DNA of 64,000 nucleotides from Rhodoferax sp. (GTDB lineage Bacteria > Pseudomonadota > Gammaproteobacteria > Burkholderiales > Burkholderiaceae_C). The stretch lies in the NCBI GenBank assembly GCA_031291295.1, contig JARLJI010000193.1:12921-76920 (forward strand). The letters run 5' to 3'. Each line of letters begins with the position of its first letter. Position 1 is the first letter of the stretch. The position numbers were made by a program, and so were the translations under genes. A model generated the notes under the pieces. The model was not told the DNA's origin. It searched no databases and was given only the letters and a program-made list of their open reading frames with translations. This document shows positions 57,713-64,000 of this stretch, piece by piece.

Positions 57713-58897
57713 TCAGATTAGACCAATATCGCGCGGTTTGACACCGGCAAACACCTGGTCGAGCTGGCCGGCATTGAGCCCGAACTGGCGCGCAAACAGC
57801 CCCGCCAGCACCGCGCGGTATTCGTTGAGCACGGGGTAGTCGCGGTTCTGGAACAGCGTGGACGGCTCCACCCGGACCTGGTCGCCCGCCAGCCGGCTAC
57901 CGCGCACGCTGCCCCCCAGCACCCAGTACACCGTGCCGTGGCCGTGGTCGGTGCCGCGGTTGCCGTTTTGCCGGAAGGTGCGGCCGAACTCGCTGATCAC
58001 CACCACCGTGGTATCACGCCAGGCCGGGCCCATTTCCTGCGCAAAGGCCGCCAGCCCCTGGCCCAGTTCGTCCAGCCGGTTCGCCAGATAGCCCTGGGCG
58101 CCGCCCTGATTCACGTGCGTGTCCCAGCCGCCGACATCGACGAAGCCGATGTTGTAGCGGTCGCTCATCAGCCGTGCAATGCGGCGAGCCTCGCCGCCGA
58201 AGCCCTTGGCCGTCATGGCGTCGCGGCTGGCGGCGTCCATCTGGGCCGTCATCTCGCGCGTCACTTCGTCGCGCACCGAGAAGCCTTCATCGACGCGCGA
58301 CGCCAGCGCCGTGCCCTGGTACATGGACGCAATCAGCTGGCTCTGGCGCGGATCGACCGAGGTCTTTGCGACGTTCTTGAGCGCCGCGTTGGGCACCTGC
58401 ACCTTGCCCTGCAGTGTCAACGGCAGCTGGTTGGTGAAGGCAATCGGCGTGGCGCCATTGACCACGGCTGCGAGCCGGTTCAAGAACCCCGAGCGGTAAT
58501 CCCGGCTGCGGTCCAGCGGCTGCCCCAGCTCGATACTGTCCTGCGTCTCGAAATGGCTGCGCGAGGTGTCGTCGGTTCCGGCGAAGGGAATGAAGGCCAC
58601 CTGGCCTTTTTGGTACAGCGGAAAAATCGTGTCGCGCAGCGCCGGGTGCAGGCCCCAGTCGGCATTGAGCGGCAGGGCCGTCGCGAGGTCGGCACCGGGG
58701 CGCGGCACGGCAATGTCGGGGCGTGCCTCGTAGTAAAAGCTGCTCGAGATCGGCACCAGCAGATTGCAGGCGTCGTAGGCGCCGCGCAGGAAGACGATCA
58801 GCAGGCGCGATTGCGCGGCCGGCGCGGCCAGCAGTTGTCCGGCGCCCGCTGCCAGCGGCAGGGCACCGAATGATTTGAGCAGGTGGCGGCGTTTCAT
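57713..58897 (-). CDS. DUF1501 protein, probable Tat signal
   Basis: MKRRHLL leader, FLRGAYD, RSHF..QD, GGWDTH..Q, SEFGRT..NG..GTDHG. Confidence 0.88.
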   Translation of the reverse strand: MKRRHLLKSFGALPLAAGAGQLLAAPAAQSRLLIVFLRGAYDACNLLVPISSSFYYEARPDIAVPRPGADLATALPLNADWGLHPALRDTIFPLYQKGQVAFIPFAGTDDTSRSHFETQDSIELGQPLDRSRDYRSGFLNRLAAVVNGATPIAFTNQLPLTLQGKVQVPNAALKNVAKTSVDPRQSQLIASMYQGTALASRVDEGFSVRDEVTREMTAQMDAASRDAMTAKGFGGEARRIARLMSDRYNIGFVDVGGWDTHVNQGGAQGYLANRLDELGQGLAAFAQEMGPAWRDTTVVVISEFGRTFRQNGNRGTDHGHGTVYWVLGGSVRGSRLAGDQVRVEPSTLFQNRDYPVLNEYRAVLAGLFARQFGLNAGQLDQVFAGVKPRDIGLI

Positions 58898-58910
58898 GGT
58901 GACTCCAATA

Positions 58911-60476
58911 TCAACGGTTCATCCACTCAGGCGACGACAGCAGGAAAGTATTCCACTCCTGGGGCGAGGCGGCCTGGTCCAGCGCGTGGCGCGTGGCCGG
59001 GCTGAGCGTCTGGCTGATGGCGTCGAAGTACAGCGCGTTGGCCAGTTGCGGAAAGGCCGTCCGCTCGCGTGGCTGCGGCTCGTCGGTCTTGAACAGGCCG
59101 GCGCTGCCAGAACTGATGGCCTTGGCAATTTCAAAGCGCGTGGCCATCTGGCCCGGGCTGGCCCAGGCCGAATCAAGCAGGGGGTAGCCGTCGGGCGTCT
59201 GGTGGCCATACAAGGGCTCGCCCATGCGGTTCAGCCAGTTCAGGATCGGCCCGACGTTGAGGATGGTCTTGTCGTCGTAGGCCAGCCGCACGGACGAGAT
59301 CACGTAGCGCATCGGGTCCTTGAATTTGTGGCCGGCCGACTGCGCGAACTCACGCGAGGTCAAGAGAGTTTGCAGAGTGGCGGCGATGTCGCCATCGCTG
59401 TGCTGAAACGTCTGGGCCATGCGCTCGACCAGCGCTGGCGGCGGATCGTCCGACAGCCAGTACACGGCCAGCTTGCGGCTGATGATGCGGGCCGTGGCCG
59501 GCGCCCGGGCCAGCCGGTCCAGCGCTTCGTCGAACTCGGCCAGGCCCTGGCTGCGGATTGGCTGGCCCAGGAAATCCTTGGGGCCGAAATCGTGCCGCCG
59601 CGGGTTGAACACGAACGCCCCCTGGCGCACAAAATAGGGCTGCAGCTCGCGCCGCAGGTTCGGCTCATTCGGACCAAAGTTGACACCCACGCCGGTCATG
59701 ATGCGCGCCAGTTCCTGCACGTCGTGCTGCGTGTAGCCGGCATTCACGCCCAGCGTGTGCAGCTCCATGATTTCGCGCGCGTAGTTCTCGTTGATGTGGC
59801 CCGCGGCGTTTTGCACGTTGTCCAGATAGACCAGCATGGCCGGGTGGTGCGCCACCGCACCGAGCAAATCCCGGAACTTGCCGAGTGCATGGGGCCGGAT
59901 CGCCACGTCCTCGTAGTCGCCGATGGTGGCGCGCAGGTTGCCCTTGTTCTGGAACACGCTGAAGTGGTTCATCCAGAACCAGGTCATCTGCTCCTGGATC
60001 TGGTTCGGGGAATAGAGCGCGCGCAGGATATGGCGCGTCGCCGCCTCGCGCCCGAGCCGGTTCATCTCCTGCTGCCAGGCCTGCAGTGCCGCCTTTTTGT
60101 CGTCATCGCTGGCGAGGGCCGCAGCAGCCTTGCGGCGCTGCGCCATCTCCTGCTCCAGCGCGTCCACCGGGCGCTGGCTGATGGTCATGGCGGCAATCTG
60201 GGCCTGCACGGCGGGCGGGAGCCGCGCGGGCGAAGGGTGTAGTTGCCGGCCCAGGTACTGGTCGAGGGGGGTACCCCCCACCTGCGCCATCGCCGTGGTG
60301 TCAGCACCCCAGGTGAGGTGATTGATCGCCCTGAAGGTCTCGATGGCGACCGGTTGACCCTGCCCCGGGGACGACTGCGCTGCGGTGGCGGTGCCGCCCG
60401 GTGCGGCGCAACTGGCCAGCACCAGGCCGGCAAGCAGCGCCGAGCCGATGGCAGGCAGGGAACGGCGGGCAGCCAT
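58911..60476 (-). CDS. DUF1800 protein, probable lipoprotein
   Basis: LASC lipobox, FW.NHF, PAML.YLDN, NENYARE.MELHTLG, KFKDP, PDGY. Confidence 0.88.
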   Translation of the reverse strand: MAARRSLPAIGSALLAGLVLASCAAPGGTATAAQSSPGQGQPVAIETFRAINHLTWGADTTAMAQVGGTPLDQYLGRQLHPSPARLPPAVQAQIAAMTISQRPVDALEQEMAQRRKAAAALASDDDKKAALQAWQQEMNRLGREAATRHILRALYSPNQIQEQMTWFWMNHFSVFQNKGNLRATIGDYEDVAIRPHALGKFRDLLGAVAHHPAMLVYLDNVQNAAGHINENYAREIMELHTLGVNAGYTQHDVQELARIMTGVGVNFGPNEPNLRRELQPYFVRQGAFVFNPRRHDFGPKDFLGQPIRSQGLAEFDEALDRLARAPATARIISRKLAVYWLSDDPPPALVERMAQTFQHSDGDIAATLQTLLTSREFAQSAGHKFKDPMRYVISSVRLAYDDKTILNVGPILNWLNRMGEPLYGHQTPDGYPLLDSAWASPGQMATRFEIAKAISSGSAGLFKTDEPQPRERTAFPQLANALYFDAISQTLSPATRHALDQAASPQEWNTFLLSSPEWMNR

Positions 60477-60489
60477 GTGGTGTGACCGC

Positions 60490-60831
60490 TTAGTGGCCGA
60501 TCGCCTTGCTGTTCTTGTTCAGTTCCTGGTTCAGCGCCTTGTCATCGACCTTGGTGATGTGGCTGCCGTCCTGCCGGGCCATGGACCGCTCCTGCGCGCG
60601 AACCCCCCTGTCGTTGGCGCGCAACTGGTGCGCCTGCTGATGGGTGATTTCCCCTTCCTTGACCTCACGGGTAATGCGCTGGTTCTGGACGTGCAGGCGG
60701 TGGTTGACCTCTTCGCGGCGCGGATGGGCCTTCTGCCATGGCGTGTCGGCGGCGAATGCGTTGCCGGTCAGGACGCCGGCGGCCGTGGTCAGGGCGAGCA
60801 GAGCCAAGGTGGTGCGAACGGAGGTTTTCAT
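60490..60831 (-). CDS. Small secreted helical hypothetical protein
   Basis: Signal peptide ending AFA|A, HPRREEVNHRL..QN.RI...G.IT..QA. RBS AAGGAAG. Confidence 0.8.
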   Translation of the reverse strand: MKTSVRTTLALLALTTAAGVLTGNAFAADTPWQKAHPRREEVNHRLHVQNQRITREVKEGEITHQQAHQLRANDRGVRAQERSMARQDGSHITKVDDKALNQELNKNSKAIGH

Positions 60832-60979
60832 GATGTCTTCCTTGTGGTTTCCGGCAGACCCCTTTGGTGTGCCTGCGTACTCTAACGCCGGCGCTGAAAC
60901 CGGAGCCGACAGCCGGGCGAACCTTTACACAGCGGAAACACCAAGGCCCGCGCGGCTCACCTCCTGGAATACCCTTGCA

Positions 60980-62107
60980 TCACAGTGCGCGCTGGATGAT
61001 GATTTTCTGCACGTCGGAGGTGCCTTCGTAAATCTGGCACACACGCACGTCGCGGTAGATGCGCTCGACCGGGAAGTCGCTCACGTAGCCGCAGCCGCCC
61101 AAGGTCTGGATCGCGGCGCTGCAGACCTGCTCGGCCATTTCGCTGGCGAACAGCTTGGCCATGGCGGCTTCCTTGAGGCACGGGCGGCCCGCGTCACGCA
61201 GACTCGCGGCGTGCCAGATCAACTGCCGCGCTGCTTCAATTTTCATAGCGCACTCGGCAAGCCGGAAGCCGACGGCCTGGTGATTGATGATGGAAGTGCC
61301 AAAGCTCTCGCGCTCCTTCGCATAGGCCACGGCGCAGTCGAAGGCGCTGCGCGCCATGCCCACGCTCTGCGCGGCAATGCCGATGCGCCCGCCCTCCAGC
61401 CCGCCCAGCGCGATCTTGTAGCCCTCGCCTTCCGCACCGATCAGGTTCCCGGCCGGAATGCGGCAGTTGTCAAAGTTGATCTGCGCCGTGTCGCTGCTGT
61501 GCTGGCCCAGCTTGTCTTCCAGCCGCGCCACCACGTAGCCCGGCGCGTCGGTCGGCACCAGAAAGGCGCTCATGCCCTTCTTGCCAGCGCCCTTGTCAGT
61601 GACGGCGATGACGATGGCCACTTGGCCGTTCTTGCCGCTGGTGATGAACTGCTTGACGCCGTTGATGACATATTCATCGCCCTGCCGGGTTGCGGTGGTG
61701 CGCAGCCCCGACGCATCGCTGCCCACATGCGGCTCGGTCAGGCAGAACGCGCCCAGCATGCGGCCCTGTGCCAGCGGGGTCAGCCACTGCTTCTTCTGAG
61801 CCGCGCTGCCGTAGCGCATCAGGATCGCGTTGACCGGGCAATTCGTGACGCTAATCGCCGTGCTGGTGCCGCCGTCGCCGGCCGCGATTTCTTCCAGCAC
61901 GAGCGCCAGCGTCACATAATCCAGGTGGGCGCCGCCGAACTCCTCGGGTACGCAGATGCCGTAGGCGCCGAGCTCGGCCAAGCCCTGGTGCGCTTCCTTC
62001 GGGAAGTGATGCGCCTTGTCCCACGCTGCCGCGTTGGGCCACAGCTGTTCCTGTGCAAACGCGCGCACGGCGTCGCGAATCATTTCCTGGTCGGGGGTCA
62101 GTAGCAT
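60980..62107 (-). CDS. Acyl-CoA dehydrogenase (short/branched-chain type)
   Basis: FCLTEPHVGSD, NGVKQFITSG, GRIGIAAQ, AKLFASE, GG.GY, QIYEGTSD. Confidence 0.92.
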   Translation of the reverse strand: MLLTPDQEMIRDAVRAFAQEQLWPNAAAWDKAHHFPKEAHQGLAELGAYGICVPEEFGGAHLDYVTLALVLEEIAAGDGGTSTAISVTNCPVNAILMRYGSAAQKKQWLTPLAQGRMLGAFCLTEPHVGSDASGLRTTATRQGDEYVINGVKQFITSGKNGQVAIVIAVTDKGAGKKGMSAFLVPTDAPGYVVARLEDKLGQHSSDTAQINFDNCRIPAGNLIGAEGEGYKIALGGLEGGRIGIAAQSVGMARSAFDCAVAYAKERESFGTSIINHQAVGFRLAECAMKIEAARQLIWHAASLRDAGRPCLKEAAMAKLFASEMAEQVCSAAIQTLGGCGYVSDFPVERIYRDVRVCQIYEGTSDVQKIIIQRAL

Positions 62108-62233
62108 GGTGGCGGGCGTTGGTGTTGACGTATGGTTCAATTATGATGCTGCCGCACCTTCATGCAGTGCCAGTACCCCTAGGTCGCGGCTTCATTCGTC
62201 GCAGGCCTGCCTTCAGCCCTAAAGTAGAAAATT

Positions 62234-63622
62234 TTGAATCTGGCATTCCGGAAATTCTTCTCAGCCGTCTGTTTTCTCGGCCTGCAGTGCGGCGCCATGG
62301 CGGCCACTACAGCAGACGCGAGCGACATCGCTGCCGCCAACGTCGCGCCGGCCGCCATGGCCAGCAGCACCCCGCAGGACACAACGCCAGAATCGTGGAG
62401 CGTCCACGGACAGCTGACCAATGTCACGCAGTGGCATCCCGCATTCAACGCGCCCTACAGCGGCGCCAACAGCCTGACCCCGGGAAGCGCCAGCGCCGAA
62501 ACCACGGACATGATGCTGTTCCTGGGCGCGCGCCTGTGGCACGGCGCCGGGCTGTACCTGAACCCCGAAATCGATCAGGGCTTCGGCCTGAGCAACACGC
62601 TGGGGATCGCGGGCTTTCCCAGCGGCGCAGCCTACAAGGTGGGCCAGAACACGCCCTACGTCCGCTTGCCACGCGCGTTCATCCGCCAGGTCGTCAACCT
62701 GGGCGGCGCCGTACAGCCGGTGCCAGCGGACGCGAATCAGCTCGGCGGCAGCCAGGCCGCGGACAACCTGACCTTCACCGTGGGCAAGTTCTCGGTGGTT
62801 GATATTTTCGACACGAACCGCTACGCGCACGACCCGCGCGCGGACTTCCTGAACTGGTCCGTCCTGGACGGCGGGGCCTTCGATTACGCGGCCGACGCCT
62901 GGGGCTACACCGTGGGCGCGGCCGTGGAGTGGACCCGGTCCTGGTGGACCCTGCGCACCGGCCTGTTCGACCTCTCGGCCGTTCCCAACAGCACCCAGCT
63001 GGACCCCCACTTCAGGCAGTACGAGTGGGTGGGTGAGCTGGAAGCGCGCCATCAGCTCTTCGACCACCCGGGCAAGGTCAAGCTGCTGGGCTTTGTCAAC
63101 CGCGCCGACATGGGCAGCTATGCGAACGCGCTCAGTCTGGCGCAGCAAACGGGCGCCGCGCCGGACACGGCGCTGGTGCGGCGTTTTGCCTCCCGTGCCG
63201 GCGCGGTGCTGAATATCGAGCAGGAGGTGGCGCCCGACCTGGGCGTTTTTGCGCGCGCCAGCGTGAACAACGGCAGCCAGGAGACCTACGAGTTCACCGA
63301 CATCAACCGTTCGCTGTCCGCGGGCCTCGCCCTGCAGGGCGACCGCTGGGGCCGGCACGACGACACGTTGGGCGTGGCGGCAGTGGTGAACGGTCTATCG
63401 GGTGCGGCACGCGCGTATTTCGCCGCCGGCGGCCTGGGCCTCCTCATCGGCGACGGGCAGCTCAACTACGGCACGGAACAGATCGCCGAGATGTACTACA
63501 GCTGGCAGGTGCAAAAGCATGTTGCCGTCACCTTCAACGTCCAGCATGTCGTCAACCCGGGCTATAACCGGGATCGCGGCCCGGTGCCCCTTCTGGCGCT
63601 TCGGCTTCACGCTGACTTCTGA
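62234..63622 (+). CDS. OprB-like / high-affinity metal porin family outer-membrane protein
   Basis: Signal peptide, NPEIDQGFGLS, GKFSVVDIFD.N.YAHDPR.DF.NW, DYAADAWGY, NPGYN.DRGP, C-terminal Phe. Start (TTG) uncertain. Confidence 0.82.
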   Translation: MNLAFRKFFSAVCFLGLQCGAMAATTADASDIAAANVAPAAMASSTPQDTTPESWSVHGQLTNVTQWHPAFNAPYSGANSLTPGSASAETTDMMLFLGARLWHGAGLYLNPEIDQGFGLSNTLGIAGFPSGAAYKVGQNTPYVRLPRAFIRQVVNLGGAVQPVPADANQLGGSQAADNLTFTVGKFSVVDIFDTNRYAHDPRADFLNWSVLDGGAFDYAADAWGYTVGAAVEWTRSWWTLRTGLFDLSAVPNSTQLDPHFRQYEWVGELEARHQLFDHPGKVKLLGFVNRADMGSYANALSLAQQTGAAPDTALVRRFASRAGAVLNIEQEVAPDLGVFARASVNNGSQETYEFTDINRSLSAGLALQGDRWGRHDDTLGVAAVVNGLSGAARAYFAAGGLGLLIGDGQLNYGTEQIAEMYYSWQVQKHVAVTFNVQHVVNPGYNRDRGPVPLLALRLHADF

Positions 63623-64000
63623 CCTCGATGGTGACATGCGAGAGCCAGCCAAACCGCCCCAGTCTGGCGCGGTAGAAAGCCGCATCGCGTCGTTCTTCAG
63701 GGGTCAGGACGGAGACGATGGCGCCAATATGGCCGGGACCGAGCCGCCACAGGTGCAAGTCCAGCAAACGGTCGCCGCCGGCTTCGATGGTCTCGCGCAC
63801 CTTGTCCATCAGGTGCTGGTCCGGATTCATGTCCAGCAGGGTGCCGCTGGTATCCCGCAACAGGCCATAGGACCAGTTCGCGATGACCAGCGCGCCCACC
63901 ATACCTGCCGCGGGGTCCATCCATACCCAGCCAAAATAACGGGCCAGCACCAGGCCGGTAATCGCGAGTACGGAGATGGCCGCATCGGCGATGACGTGGA
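63552..64000 (-). CDS. dmeF: CDF family Co/Ni efflux transporter, 5' end outside the window
   Basis: HVIADAAISVLAI, WMDP, LLD, DLHLW..GPG, LSHVTIEV. Confidence 0.8.
   Translation of the reverse strand, partial: HVIADAAISVLAITGLVLARYFGWVWMDPAAGMVGALVIANWSYGLLRDTSGTLLDMNPDQHLMDKVRETIEAGGDRLLDLHLWRLGPGHIGAIVSVLTPEERRDAAFYRARLGRFGWLSHVTIEVRSQREAEAPEGAPGRDPGYSPG

Overview
GC-rich betaproteobacterial (Comamonadaceae-like, inferred from gene content) chromosomal window. Most of it is housekeeping or catabolic: paaABCDE, an SAH-riboswitch ahcY-tlyA-metF-metY run, a CadR/P1B-ATPase pair, prfC, a double-length UvrA, an actP/DUF294/exonuclease block, a liu (leucine/isovalerate) cluster, DUF1800/DUF1501, a porin and a CDF transporter. 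The standout is a four-gene secreted DUF11 locus (23863-36561, minus strand). Its domain boundaries look like a self-polymerising surface fibre: a shaft protein has an N-terminal beta-hairpin that matches the two strands missing from its own C-terminal DUF11 domain, a tip adhesin has only the truncated acceptor domain, a large beta-barrel protein has only the donor hairpin, and a small acceptor-only protein lacks the catalytic Asp. The isopeptide triad (Lys, Asp, Asn) is split between subunits, suggesting sortase-free covalent donor-strand polymerisation in a Gram-negative cell; this is inference, not demonstrated. A second observation is a degenerate ~60-bp repeat with a GCTAY-N7-RTAGC core that occurs in about eight copies, mostly in frame inside genes. 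No rRNA, tRNA, CRISPR array, integrase or transposase was seen. All family assignments are from motif recognition by eye, without database searches.
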